A DNA stretch of 64,000 bases from Oopsacas minuta (GCA_024704765.1 JAKMXF010000298.1:1-64000), one strand, 5' to 3'. Numbered from the stretch's first letter, positions 1-12,644 are shown. Notes: generated from the sequence alone by a model not told the origin. Numbers and translations: made by a program.

Positions 1-2837
1 GAATAGAAATAAAAGGAAAACTGAACTGCCTCCATCAACTACTCAACTTCCTTAAATCCACTCAGCCAGCCATTTCAGTCACTTCTCAGCTACTATCCAC
101 TAAAAATCAATCCTTCAGAACACTCAAATCTACTTCAAAACAGACTTGACTTCCTCCGAGATCGTTCACTGATTAACTAATGCAAGCAAAACTGCCACTG
201 CCTCTGCCTCCATCAAGTACGCTCGTCATTTCAATCATTGACTTCATTTGCTTGTCATTTAGTTACTTGAACTTGTCCTGAATGTGTGTTCTATAATACG
301 CAGAAGATACTGTCGCTCCTTTCCTTATTTTCCTAAAATTCTGAGCCCCCTCAGATTCCCAGAATGAATAGAAATAAAAGGAAAACTGAACTGCCTCCAT
401 CAACTACTCAACTTCCTTAAATCCACTCAGCCAGCCATTTCAGTCACTTCTCAGCTACTATCCACTAAAAATCAATCCTTCAGAACACTCAAATCTACTT
501 CAAAACAGACTTGACTTCCTCCGAGATCGTTCACTGATTAACTAATGCAAGCAAAACTGCCACTGCCTCTGCCTCCATCAAGTACGCTCGTCATTTCAAT
601 CATTGACTTCATTTGCTTGTCATTTAGTTACTTGAACTTGTCCTGAATGTGTGTTCTATAATACGCAGAAGATACTGTCGCTCCTTTCCTTATTTTCCTA
701 AAATTCTGAGCCCCCTCAGATTCCCAGAATGAATAGAAATAAAAGGAAAACTGAACTGCCTCCATCAACTACTCAACTTCCTTAAATCCACTCAGCCAGC
801 CATTTCAGTCACTTCTCAGCTACTATCCACTAAAAATCAATCCTTCAGAACACTCAAATCTACTTCAAAACAGACTTGACTTCCTCCGAGATCGTTCACT
901 GATTAACTAATGCAAGCAAAACTGCCACTGCCTCTGCCTCCATCAAGTACGCTCGTCATTTCAATCATTGACTTCATTTGCTTGTCATTTAGTTACTTGA
1001 ACTTGTCCTGAATGTGTGTTCTATAATACGCAGAAGATACTGTCGCTCCTTTCCTTATTTTCCTAAAATTCTGAGCCCCCTCAGATTCCCAGAATGAATA
1101 GAAATAAAAGGAAAACTGAACTGCCTCCATCAACTACTCAACTTCCTTAAATCCACTCAGCCAGCCATTTCAGTCACTTCTCAGCTACTATCCACTAAAA
1201 ATCAATCCTTCAGAACACTCAAATCTACTTCAAAACAGACTTGACTTCCTCCGAGATCGTTCACTGATTAACTAATGCAAGCAAAACTGCCACTGCCTCT
1301 GCCTCCATCAAGTACGCTCGTCATTTCAATCATTGACTTCATTTGCTTGTCATTTAGTTACTTGAACTTGTCCTGAATGTGTGTTCTATAATACGCAGAA
1401 GATACTGTCGCTCCTTTCCTTATTTTCCTAAAATTCTGAGCCCCCTCAGATTCCCAGAATGAATAGAAATAAAAGGAAAACTGAACTGCCTCCATCAACT
1501 ACTCAACTTCCTTAAATCCACTCAGCCAGCCATTTCAGTCACTTCTCAGCTACTATCCACTAAAAATCAATCCTTCAGAACACTCAAATCTACTTCAAAA
1601 CAGACTTGACTTCCTCCGAGATCGTTCACTGATTAACTAATGCAAGCAAAACTGCCACTGCCTCTGCCTCCATCAAGTACGCTCGTCATTTCAATCATTG
1701 ACTTCATTTGCTTGTCATTTAGTTACTTGAACTTGTCCTGAATGTGTGTTCTATAATACGCAGAAGATACTGTCGCTCCTTTCCTTGTTTTCCTAAAATT
1801 CTGAGCCCCCTCAGATTCCCAGAATGAATAGAAATAAAAGGAAAACTGAACTGCCTCCATCAACTACTCAACTTCCTTAAATCCACTCAGCCAGCCATTT
1901 CAGTCACTTCTCAGCTACTATCCACTAAAAATCAATCCTTCAGAACACTCAAATCTACTTCAAAACAGACTTGACTTCCTCCGAGATCGTTCACTGATTA
2001 ACTAATGCAAGCAAAACTGCCACTGCCTCTGCCTCCATCAAGTACGCTCGTCATTTCAATCATTGACTTCATTTGCTTGTCATTTAGTTACTTGAACTTG
2101 TCCTGAATGTGTGTTCTATAATACGCAGAAGATACTGTCGCTCCTTTCCTTATTTTCCTAAAATTCTGAGCCCCCTCAGATTCCCAGAATGAATAGAAAT
2201 AAAAGGAAAACTGAACTGCCTCCATCAACTACTCAACTTCCTTAAATCCACTCAGCCAGCCATTTCAGTCACTTCTCAGCTACTATCCACTAAAAATCAA
2301 TCCTTCAGAACACTCAAATCTACTTCAAAACAGACTTGACTTCCTCCGAGATCGTTCACTGATTAACTAATGCAAGCAAAACTGCCACTGCCTCTGCCTC
2401 CATCAAGTACGCTCGTCATTTCAATCATTGACTTCATTTGCTTGTCATTTAGTTACTTGAACTTGTCCTGAATGTGTGTTCTATAATACGCAGAAGATAC
2501 TGTCGCTCCTTTCCTTATTTTCCTAAAATTCTGAGCCCCCTCAGATTCCCAGAATGAATAGAAATAAAAGGAAAACTGAACTGCCTCCATCAACTACTCA
2601 ACTTCCTTAAATCCACTCAGCCAGCCATTTCAGTCACTTCTCAGCTACTATCCACTAAAAATCAATCCTTCAGAACACTCAAATCTACTTCAAAACAGAC
2701 TTGACTTCCTCCGAGATCGTTCACTGATTAACTAATGCAAGCAAAACTGCCACTGCCTCTGCCTCCATCAAGTACGCTCGTCATTTCAATCATTGACTTC
2801 ATTTGCTTGTCATTTAGTTACTTGAACTTGTCCTGAA
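1..2837. repeat. Tandem satellite-like array, 365-bp unit, 7 full copies plus a 282-bp partial copy; runs off the left edge of the window
   Basis: gaatagaaataaaagg restarts at 1, 366, 731, 1096, 1461, 1826, 2191 and 2556. The only difference I saw is A>G at 1787 (unit position 327). The array ends abruptly after ...gtcctgaa at 2837. 365 is not a multiple of 3 and no long ORF is present. Confidence 0.98.
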
Positions 2838-3453
2838 ATAGTATAGTTTGTACTAACCATCTTGTAACACCTCCACCTCACCAACAAGTATATATACGAT
2901 CAGTATTGAACACAATAATTCTTTTTTCTCTTCTCTTTATCTTCGCTTCTCTTTTTATGTGTTCACTCACAGCCAAGTTCATCAGCTACTGCTTGAGGAA
3001 GTACAGAATGATTCATATATTTTATGCTATTAATTGTAATACAAACTCTTGTAACAAAGAGAATATTAAATTCAATATACAATTCCATAGTATCTTAAAT
3101 TGATGGGTTTGAATCTTGAATATCATTGTAAACGCATTCCTTATGAGGATATTAATTAAGACCTCCCTTGTAGCACAAGATCATAACTCGGACACAGTTT
3201 ATACCTTTGACTCTACTCTTTCTACAAGCAAACAAACAATGACATTTAAACAAACATACAATCACTGTTTTTAGTAAATTAATATTTATGACCCTCTGTC
3301 TAAGATATATTTGACGAATCGCAATGAACATTTGAGCTATTGTACGAACTTGCGACTATTTGATTGTGATTTAAATCCGGTTTACAAGGATTGCCTATAA
3401 ATTCATTTACGCCATTATTTATTTTATATTACCTTATATAGTATTATATTCTA

Positions 3454-6400
3454 ATGGCTCAGGTGTCTAATAGTGATTCTATTCCAAATGAGTTGATGGA
3501 ATCTTTGGCTGAACCAGAGAAAAGTACTCGTATTTTTTCACCAGAATCTACGCTATCCCAGTATTTGAATTTCTTTAGTTCTCGACCTCTTTTGAAGTTT
3601 AAAGACTTTCTACAGGCCCGTTTCATCTATTTGACTGGCGCACGAGAGGGTGGCCATCCTATACTTATCGTCGATGGTAACGCTCTCAAATCTTCAGGTC
3701 TTCATTCTCATCCTAACTTTCGATCATTCTTGACGACTATTATCCGTCTCTGCTCTCAGGAATACCTCGATGTTGGAATAATCGTAATTATGGATCTGAG
3801 AAATGGTGGTACTTCTTCAGCTAAAACGCTCATTAATATTTTTAAAGATAACAGTGTTTTCTCTCTCTACGATGTTATCTTCTTGAAGCCTAAGTCATCA
3901 ACCTTCTCTAATAATCCGACCCTGATTGGAAACATCAAAGTAAAGTATGCAAAAGATGTGATGACACTATCTTCAATAGTAATTCCTAATAACTTGACCT
4001 CATTTCTTGGCGGAACTTTAGAATTTGATTACGATCATTGGCTCCTCATTATACAATTATTTCAGGATAATATTCAGAAAACTTCCTTTTTGATAAATTC
4101 AATGAACTCTCTGCTATCTGAGATTGAAGGTTTGGACTATGATGATCCTCAAACTGTAGACAAATCTCCAAGTACTATGACAAAACATTTCGCACATGTA
4201 CAAGAATTAACACACGAGTTTATGGATGTGACCTATGGCTTGACAGAATTTTCTAACTTACTTGAAAAAATAACTCTTCATCAGTCTCCCATATCTTGTA
4301 CCCCGGGATTCTGGGACCTGTTTTGTAAAATAGAAGGATTGAGAAAATCTGTAAAAGAGAGAGACTGCTATTTTCAAGAAACTTTCAGAATACATCAAGA
4401 CAAAATGAGAAGTTGTGTAAAAGCCTGCGAGCTGAAACTTATGATTTTGTCAGTGAATGTTGAAGCAGAGAACGGATTTCGAGAATTGAAAACTTTCCAA
4501 TCTAAAATACCGAATTCCTTCGATGATGCTCGGTCTTTTGGCGAAGAATTTGAGAGGGTATCGCCTGCTTTGAATGAAAAACTTGAACATGAGATCCTTG
4601 CTATCGAGCGAGAGGTAGAATATCTTTCTAACCGAAATTTGCATCACGAATATTACCTGGAACATTTTCAGGTTTTGAAGAAAAATTTCGCAGAACTTCA
4701 TTCACTCATTCAGACTATTTCCTCTAACTTTATGGAATTCACAGACTATTTCTACCGCACACAGATCATTCAAGAATGGTGTCAGCACTTGAAGGGATTG
4801 CTCGCATCCTCTTCTTCTGCAGAAAACAATCCGAAAGGATACATCAAGAAATTAAACAAGTGGATCCATGACACACATAACATGATGGGGGAGCGAATAG
4901 CTAAGCAAGCCGATTCGCTACCAGGTACTTATCTGAAAAATCATTATAAAATTATCAAAGAGGATGTCGATATGATATTATCAGAGCTGGAACAAAGAAA
5001 GAATGGAATTGAGGCTGCACTCAAATCAAGGTCTGCTGCATCCTCTAATTTTCTGGATAAACTATTAAAACCTTCCATGCGAAAGAATTCTGCCCAAACT
5101 AACATCTTGCCCGAGCCAGGGCTCCCACCCTCAGCGCCATTCGCTGCTATAAATACCTGTGAATCCATCGGACCTCAATCTTTACTCGCTTTCGACGAGG
5201 AAAAGGATAAAAAGGTTCTTGTACAAAGACAATACATCTTCAAGGAGATCTTGGAAACCGAGCGGACCTACTGCAGTGATCTTAAGTATGTTATCGATAA
5301 CTTTTATAATGATAATAGTGAAAACTGTCCTGACTCAGTCATTAAACACAAGGATATAATTTTCAGTAATATAGAAGAATTGCATTCATTTCACAATGAC
5401 ATATTCCTTGAGGAATTGAGAAAGTTTATGGACACTCCACAGAACATTGGGCTACTGTTTGTCAAACAAAAATATAATTTTCAACTATATTCAACTTACT
5501 GTAAGAACAGACCCCAATGTGAAAACTTCCTCTCACAACATCCAGAATTACTAGACTATTTCCAGAAGAAGCAACTATCTTTCAATAACAAATTACCGTT
5601 TTTATCCTATTTACTTAAACCAATTCAGCGCATCACAAAGTATCAATTGCTGCTTCGAGATATGATAAAGAACTCTGCAAAGGCACCGGATGCATATGCG
5701 TATCTACAAGAAGGGATGGATGGAATGCTTAAGATTTTAAAGAACTTGAATGACACTTTGTATATAAATGCGATAAAACACTTTCCTTGTAATATCCTAG
5801 AGCAAGGCCAGCTACTACATCAAGATGTAGTAAGGGTTAAATTAATATATAGCAAGGCCAAGCTGGGTAAACTTAGGTTTCACATTCAGCAAGTATTTCT
5901 GTTTGAAAAGTCCATTGTATTTACAAAGAAACAAAAACTATCTCAAAATCTTAATGACCTCACACATGATAACATCTATCTATACAAATCTCACATCATG
6001 ACGTCAGAGATAACTTTACGTGAAAATATCCCAAGCAATGCCTTAGCCTTTGAAATCATTGTTCCTAAAGATAACTGCTCGTATATGGTTACAGTGAATA
6101 ATGCTGATACCAAAACGAAATGGCTCCAATCGCTGAACGTTCTGTTGCAAATGCAATTTAGTATGCTGAGAGAACGACTGATCCACCAAACTGGAGTTTC
6201 AGGACCTCAGGGACTATCCAAAGCAGTCGTGGAACATGGAATTGTCAGGCTTGAGTCTACCCTCTCGGAAGATCCTACTTCTCCCTCTTCTCCCACTCAA
6301 TCTATCGCTAGTGTGGATGCTACCATCTTGGATGAAGCTCCTGCAACTCGTATTAAACACAAATCTGCCATCCATCGCAAGGTGAAACCAGGTACTCCAA

Positions 6401-6801
6401 ATTCTAATTCGGAGTTGAATCGTCCTATTTCAACTGGTGTACTTCTGAATAGTTCAGAAAACGCAGCGCAACCAGATTCAACCTTTGGAAATTTATCAGA
6501 AGGATCTAGCTCTGGGGATGAAGGTAGAATCAGTTTCGGTGGAGGACTACAGAAACCTCTCTTCGCGGAAGAAAATTTGCTCGTAGGCTCACTACGTACT
6601 TACAGAATACAAAAAGATTATAAACCAAATACATCGAATCCCCATGGCATTAAGGTAAAAGCAGGTCAATCTGTGATGGTACTGGGATTGAAGCCCAATG
6701 GACTGTGGTGGGTACGGACTCTACCCCCTGCACCCATGATAGAAGGGTGGCTCCCTCAAGATGTGTTGAATCCCTCAATTTCACCGTCAAGCAAGTTTTA
6801 A
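3454..6801 (+). CDS. Dbl-family RhoGEF, Dbs/MCF2L-Trio-like (SEC14-like, spectrin-like, DH, PH, SH3), intronless
   Basis: 1115-aa ORF. DH motifs RQYIFKEILETERTY and YLLKPIQRITKYQLLL; PH domain follows; C-terminal SH3-like YRIQKDY...GLWWV...EGWLPQDVL; N-terminal CRAL-TRIO-like YLTGAREGGHPILIV. Confidence 0.9.
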   Translation: MAQVSNSDSIPNELMESLAEPEKSTRIFSPESTLSQYLNFFSSRPLLKFKDFLQARFIYLTGAREGGHPILIVDGNALKSSGLHSHPNFRSFLTTIIRLCSQEYLDVGIIVIMDLRNGGTSSAKTLINIFKDNSVFSLYDVIFLKPKSSTFSNNPTLIGNIKVKYAKDVMTLSSIVIPNNLTSFLGGTLEFDYDHWLLIIQLFQDNIQKTSFLINSMNSLLSEIEGLDYDDPQTVDKSPSTMTKHFAHVQELTHEFMDVTYGLTEFSNLLEKITLHQSPISCTPGFWDLFCKIEGLRKSVKERDCYFQETFRIHQDKMRSCVKACELKLMILSVNVEAENGFRELKTFQSKIPNSFDDARSFGEEFERVSPALNEKLEHEILAIEREVEYLSNRNLHHEYYLEHFQVLKKNFAELHSLIQTISSNFMEFTDYFYRTQIIQEWCQHLKGLLASSSSAENNPKGYIKKLNKWIHDTHNMMGERIAKQADSLPGTYLKNHYKIIKEDVDMILSELEQRKNGIEAALKSRSAASSNFLDKLLKPSMRKNSAQTNILPEPGLPPSAPFAAINTCESIGPQSLLAFDEEKDKKVLVQRQYIFKEILETERTYCSDLKYVIDNFYNDNSENCPDSVIKHKDIIFSNIEELHSFHNDIFLEELRKFMDTPQNIGLLFVKQKYNFQLYSTYCKNRPQCENFLSQHPELLDYFQKKQLSFNNKLPFLSYLLKPIQRITKYQLLLRDMIKNSAKAPDAYAYLQEGMDGMLKILKNLNDTLYINAIKHFPCNILEQGQLLHQDVVRVKLIYSKAKLGKLRFHIQQVFLFEKSIVFTKKQKLSQNLNDLTHDNIYLYKSHIMTSEITLRENIPSNALAFEIIVPKDNCSYMVTVNNADTKTKWLQSLNVLLQMQFSMLRERLIHQTGVSGPQGLSKAVVEHGIVRLESTLSEDPTSPSSPTQSIASVDATILDEAPATRIKHKSAIHRKVKPGTPNSNSELNRPISTGVLLNSSENAAQPDSTFGNLSEGSSSGDEGRISFGGGLQKPLFAEENLLVGSLRTYRIQKDYKPNTSNPHGIKVKAGQSVMVLGLKPNGLWWVRTLPPAPMIEGWLPQDVLNPSISPSSKF

Positions 6802-7116
6802 GTAATTAATCGTGTAAATATTTGTTCATTTTAGCTGGTGTTTTGTTTATATATGCTGCGTTAAAACTGAGGATAGTTACATTAACAATTTTTATTCTTC
6901 ACTGTTAGAATGCTTTTATCATTTGGTTGAAATATACGTATTCCTAAACTTTAATTATCAAATGAATTTATTTACCCTTAATATTAGGTTGGATGTCCAG
7001 GCAGGCTAAAATAGCAAATATTTTTAGATTTCTCCTTAATGAATGATAGCATTTAGCATCAGTTAAAGTTATTTGTCCAATTCGTATTATATCTAGCTAA
7101 CATACTGATTAATAAA

Positions 7117-8250
7117 ATGGCAAATGTATTTGTTCATGAATCTCAATCCTCCCAAACGGCAGTCGTAGACTCCTTGAGTCTTGACAAGAGTCGAAGTGTT
7201 TGCGAGAAAAAACGTAGAAGTGACACTAATATGATGCTAAATGAAATTGAAACTCTTGTTTATCCTTCTAAACTTTCCGAGATACCATCTAAAAAGATTA
7301 GTAAAATACAAATAATGGAGAAGACCTGTAGCTTTATACGTTTCTACAGGAAATTAGATCAAAGTATAGAGAATAATGCTAAGAACAAATCTATTATTCC
7401 ATCAAATGTCTTACAGGACTTGCTTATATATTCGCAAAGAGGATTTATTATTGTGGTAGACCCCTCTAGTCGAGTTATATGTTGCTCAAGCTCCACAATG
7501 GGATTCCTACAGAGTCGAGATACTGAGATTGTAGGCACCAAACTATCCTTGCTCCTCACTAGTAATGACAATGATTATATTAGGTCACTCATTAAGGAGA
7601 AGAAAACTGAAACTAATCCTTTCTTGTTGCATTTCACCATGAACTCGCCTGATATACTCCGCACGTTTATTTGTAGAGCATTTTGGCATCAATTCGTTAA
7701 TCCAGAGATTACAACGCAACCTAACGAAGGGCTAGGAGCTCTGATTCTAGCCTGTAGCAGTATTGATAAGCTTTCTATGTACAACTTGCCTATTTTCTAT
7801 TGCGAGAATTCACTTAATTTCGAATTCAAAATCTCTTTAGATGGTAAGTTTACAAAAATAGATGAACCTATGGAAAGATACACAGGATATAGCCCTGGAG
7901 AATTAATTGGTAGATGTTTATTGGACTACGTGAATTGGGAACAGGCTGTAGAACTAATGGAGACAATTAGTACATCTCTGACTAAAGGGACTGATGCTAT
8001 TGGCTGTCTGCAATTCTGTTGCAAGTCAAAATCTTGGATTTGGATTCAAGCTACTATCCGTGTATCACAAAATGTCTGGAATTCGCGGATCGACTTACTC
8101 ATTTTCAGCTGCAAAGCTTTGGATTATAATGACGTCATCCCATTTCTAGCTCAGGCCAATACATCTCCCATTGAAGCCCAGTCTAAAGTTATTATAGATA
8201 GCGTATTACCTGCTACACCTGAATCTTCAGCTAGTCTTGTTGTGCAGTGA
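7117..8250 (+). CDS. bHLH-PAS transcription factor, CLOCK-like, short C-terminus
   Basis: Basic region RSVCEKKRR with helix 2 KISKIQIMEK; PAS-A GFIIVVD...EIVG; PAS-B FKISLDGKF...TGYSPGELIG...WIWIQAT. Confidence 0.85.
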   Translation: MANVFVHESQSSQTAVVDSLSLDKSRSVCEKKRRSDTNMMLNEIETLVYPSKLSEIPSKKISKIQIMEKTCSFIRFYRKLDQSIENNAKNKSIIPSNVLQDLLIYSQRGFIIVVDPSSRVICCSSSTMGFLQSRDTEIVGTKLSLLLTSNDNDYIRSLIKEKKTETNPFLLHFTMNSPDILRTFICRAFWHQFVNPEITTQPNEGLGALILACSSIDKLSMYNLPIFYCENSLNFEFKISLDGKFTKIDEPMERYTGYSPGELIGRCLLDYVNWEQAVELMETISTSLTKGTDAIGCLQFCCKSKSWIWIQATIRVSQNVWNSRIDLLIFSCKALDYNDVIPFLAQANTSPIEAQSKVIIDSVLPATPESSASLVVQ

Positions 8251-8591
8251 TATCATTGCTACACTCATAAATAGGGTTTTATACGTTGTGTGTAAATATA
8301 TTCTTTTTTTGATGTAATGCGCTATGTTTGTATTTATTTATGTTAATTATTTAAATTGGCCATTGTTCTATCTATAATCTTAAGCTACACTAGTGGTAAC
8401 CAAATATTATATTTCGTAATTATACTACACTACTTTAGCCACATATTCTACTAAGTATATGATTGTGCATTGAGTATTATAGCTTCTTTTGGTAACTGAT
8501 CTAGCCACAAATTACTTACAGATAGACATAGCTAAAGCATAAATTGGTTAGTATTTCTTCTGAACTAAATTAACTTCTCTAATAAGGTTTA

Positions 8592-11500
8592 ATGGCTAGT
8601 GAAGGAGCAAGCCCCAATGGCTCACAATATTACGGGGAGCTATTTCCTCCTCTCTCCTCGAGTTCACAATTTCCTACTTCACGTCAATCCATGCGAACTA
8701 ACTCCATCCCAGCTGGTTCTAAACTAAAGTCTAAGAACATCACTCAAAGTCTTACCATTCCCATTCAGAAATGTACCTTCAATTACTTCGGAACACGTGA
8801 CCAGACAATGAGTGACGCTTGTAAACTTGTTCGTACAGAGACTAACTGCCAGTTGGAAGTGAATTCGGATAGAGATGAGATCTGCATTATGATTACTGGG
8901 TTAGCTGAAAATGTAAAGCTTGCAAAACAACGACTGACGTATGAATTGGAAACCAAGGAAACTATCCAGATGCTGGTCCCCAAAGATCTGCATAAGCACA
9001 TTCTTGGAAAGAAAGGACAGAAACTTCTAGACATTCAGAAAGAGACTGGTACTAAAATAACTGTTCCTCGTGCAGATACTGACTCAGAGATTATCAACAT
9101 TTCTGGTCCTAAGGAATATCTTGCCAGAGCTCAACAACGTCTAAACGAAATAATCAAGGACCGAGCTACCAAGAATGCAGTATCTGTCCCTTTTCCTAAA
9201 GAATATATTCCATTTCTACAAACTAAGGAATCAGAAATAAAAAATAAATTCAATGTTACAATCTCAATTCAAAAATTTTCTGAAGTACGTTTGATGGGTG
9301 AGATTTCACAGCTTGATTCAGCCAAGGAATATATCCACAGATACGAGAGAGAACTAAACTCTAAAATCCGTACAGTGAAAGCTCATATACCCAAGTCTAA
9401 GTATAAGTATATTATTGGTAAGGATGGAAAGAATCTGAGAGAAATAATGAATAAGTTTGAAGTATCAGTTGAAATTCCAGCAAAAGACGACGGAGACGAT
9501 CAAGTGGTTTTGCGAGGAACTCAAGAAAAGAATATCAATGAAGCACTGAATGATATTGAGAAGAAGATGAACTCTTTTCTAGAGACAGTGCTCAAGGCTC
9601 CCCCATGGTCACATCGCTATTTGATTGGATACAGAAAGGATCTTGAAGAACTCAATCTAGGATATTCCAAAGTTAATTTTGAGTTTCCTCGTCTCAAAAC
9701 TGAGCTGGGTATGAATGAAGGAGATTCTGTAAGAGAAGATGAGTTCAAGATCCGCGGACCTCCAGAAGAAGTTTTGTTAGTGAAAGAACACTTAGAACAA
9801 CTTCTCAAAGATATCCTCTTGACATTGACTCACGAGGTAATAAAGTTGAACAACAAATGTATCATAACTGGATTCAATAACAAACCGACACTTGCCTTTC
9901 TTCTCAGGAGCGCGGTCTCTAAGGCAAGAGTCAATGGAATTTCTGTTAGATTTTGGCCTGAAAAGAAGCAACTGACATTAGACGGAGACATAGATAGAGT
10001 TTCACAAACCAAAGAAGATTTGCTGAGTAAGATTTCCATAATTGGAAATTCTAAAGTTAGAGATTTGGTAGTTGAGCACTTTCTCCATCCTCTGGTTAGG
10101 GGAGAGCCACAATCAGCTGATTCTACTAGATTTCTCGAGAATAAACACAACGTAAGAATAAAGTTCTTTGGCATAGAAGACGATCCTTCTGAGGTTATTC
10201 GAATTTCCGGAGAGATCTCTCATGTAGATGTAGCATACGAAGAACTGAAGCGGAAAGTAAAGAGACTTCAGGAAGACACAGTCAGTGCAAATGTTAAACT
10301 TTACAAAGAATTCTTCGAACATCTAGAAACACGACCTGGTAGAAGGGTACGGGAGAGAATAGAAGTAGAGACTCATTCACGAATAGTTCTCTTTGGAGAG
10401 AATTGCGTAGCAAATCTGGTCGGTACAGAGAGAGATATCATTAAAGCTGAAGCTCTAGTAATTGAGGCTCAAGACAAGTTCCTAGATACCACCACTGAAA
10501 CAATTCTTATTCCCAGTCAGTTACACAGAATTATTATAGGGCAAAAGGGTAAACAGGTGCAAGCTCTAGAGGCTGAGTGTGGAGGCGTTAAGATCCATCT
10601 ACCTTCTCAAGATCAAAGACAGAGTGCTGATGAGAACTTCAATCCAGATACGGTAACTGTCACAGGTCCCAGTAAATCTGTACACAAAGCTGTAGCAAAG
10701 ATAAGAGAGATATCTTCTAGCCCTGAGAACTGTTTCGAAGGAGTCAAGATATCACCTCAGTATATGTCATATTTGAGGAGATATCGCAGGGCTGGAGGTA
10801 TGCTGGATGACTTACGAGAAAAATTCAATGTTCGAATATACTTACCCGCTCGCTACGATAAATCTCTATCTGAAGACGAGAAGAAAATAATAACTCTAAT
10901 TGGTAAGGAAAAGAATGTGAATGAAGCAAAGAAAGTGCTGAAACAAATAATTTCCGGTCTGGAGGAAGAGATTAAAACGCCTTTAGATATCCCTATGGTA
11001 TATCGTAGGAACTTTTTCAAACGACAAGCCCAGCTCCTGATAGATTTAGAAGAAGATTACGACATCTCTATTTCCCTCTCCAAAGGTTCAGAAGAACTTT
11101 GTGAAGTTACACTAGAGGGTCCTAAAATATTCGTAGATTCTTGCTACCAGGAGATCAAAGACTTAGTGCAAGCGTGGGACGATGAAGTCACCAGAGAGGA
11201 GACTGTTGACCCCATGCACATATCAAGGGTGAGAGGACCTAAGAATCAAAATCTTATGAATCTTGAGGATGAATACAACGTACAAATAAAAGTAATTAAT
11301 CTTTCTAACCAAAATCCAGTGCTTAGTGTCACCGGAGCTCAAACTCAGGTTGATAACGCTATGGATAGGCTATTGAGTGCTATTCCAATCGAAAGAGAGA
11401 TCGATATTCCTCCCAGATACATACCCAGTCTCATCAAGAGTGGAGAAGCAAACACTATTGAGCAGAAGCATGGCATCAAGATTAATTTCCCTCGTCGTGG

Positions 11501-12335
11501 GTCAGCTGGTATGACTATATTATCCGGTGGAGCTGAAGGAGTAGAACAAGCCTCTGGTGAGTTAACTGATCGGATAGAGGGACTGATTCAAGAGGAAGAT
11601 TTTGAAGCTTCCAAACGTTACAGCTTGTGTATGAATATTGAGCGGGAATACCACGGACGAATAAATGGTAGAGGAAGTATGTTCAGGAAGCAAATTGAAA
11701 CAGACTTTGGTGTAATTATAAAGTTTCCTAGTCAGGGGTCTGACGATACTAACGTGCATATTGTGGGAATTAAAGAGAATGCCGAGAAAGCAGAAGAATA
11801 TATTCTTAAACAGGTTAGTAAGATAAATGATAGATTTCTGTTAGTGTATAATAGTATAGCCTATTATTGTATATTATGATAGGTCGAAAATTGGGAATCT
11901 CAAGTTTCCGTCTCATTCGATGTTCCTCATAAATATCATGGCAGAATAATCGGAGCAAAGGGCAGAGCAATTAACAAATTAAAAGAAGATTTCGGAATAT
12001 TGTCAATTGATTTTCCTAAGAATCCATCTCTCCCTAACCAGAATACTATCCGTGTAACTGGTAGTGAGGGTAACGTAAATAGCTGTAAAGATTATTTGTT
12101 GGAGCAGGTAATTGAGTGGGATGAAAACAATCCTGTAGAGATCCAGCACGAGTACAGACGTGCTCCTTCAAATCTACCTGCTTCTTCACATCATTCTACT
12201 GGATTTTCATTATTGGATGCTCCTTGGAAAGATCCCTCTCAACCTGCCTTCTCCCAAGACGAGTTTCCCTCTCTTCAGTCGGCACACTCGCAACCTTCGC
12301 AGTCAGACAACTGGGCTGCTAAGGTAAAGCACTGA
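8592..12335 (+). CDS. HDLBP: Vigilin (multi-KH RNA-binding protein); exons 8592-11813 and 11883-12335
   Basis: Many KH repeats (ILGKKG, IIGKDG, IIGQKG, IIGAKG). A 69-bp GT-AG intron at 11814-11882 (cag|gttagt...gatag|gtc) joins the two ORF-track ORFs in frame. Confidence 0.93.
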
Positions 12336-12644
12336 TGTTCTGTTCCTGCTAGGTCTGCTCATACAAACTGTATCTATACTCTATTGTGGGAGAATTATGT
12401 GCTAATTAGTGCATTACTGACTTTGATATTGTATTCATGTCCTATTAGAATTTTAGCACTACTCTATCTAATTGTTTGGTAAATACATTAATACATTATA
12501 GAATTATACCATTCATTTATATGTACCATTTTATGTATTGTGTAGCTAGTCAATGCAATATATTGTGATTGTTGTATACAGCAGGGGGATGTGTGTAAAT
12601 GCGCTAGCAAGTATTGCAATTATAAGATTGTATAAGGTCCAGTG

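Noticed and set aside
1-2837. CRISPR array or coding repeat
   Set aside because: There are no variable spacers and the context is eukaryotic; the 365-bp unit is not a multiple of 3 and no long ORF is present.
2906-3103. 65-aa ORF next to the satellite
   Set aside because: TTG start, low-complexity AT-rich sequence, no motif.
6802-7096. Donor-like gtaatt right after the RhoGEF stop (and aag|gtatcc after the NDUFS8 stop)
   Set aside because: Weaker donors with implied introns much longer than the local norm, and no stop-start fusion results; kept only as possible parallels to the SLC30A6-LRRCC1 case.
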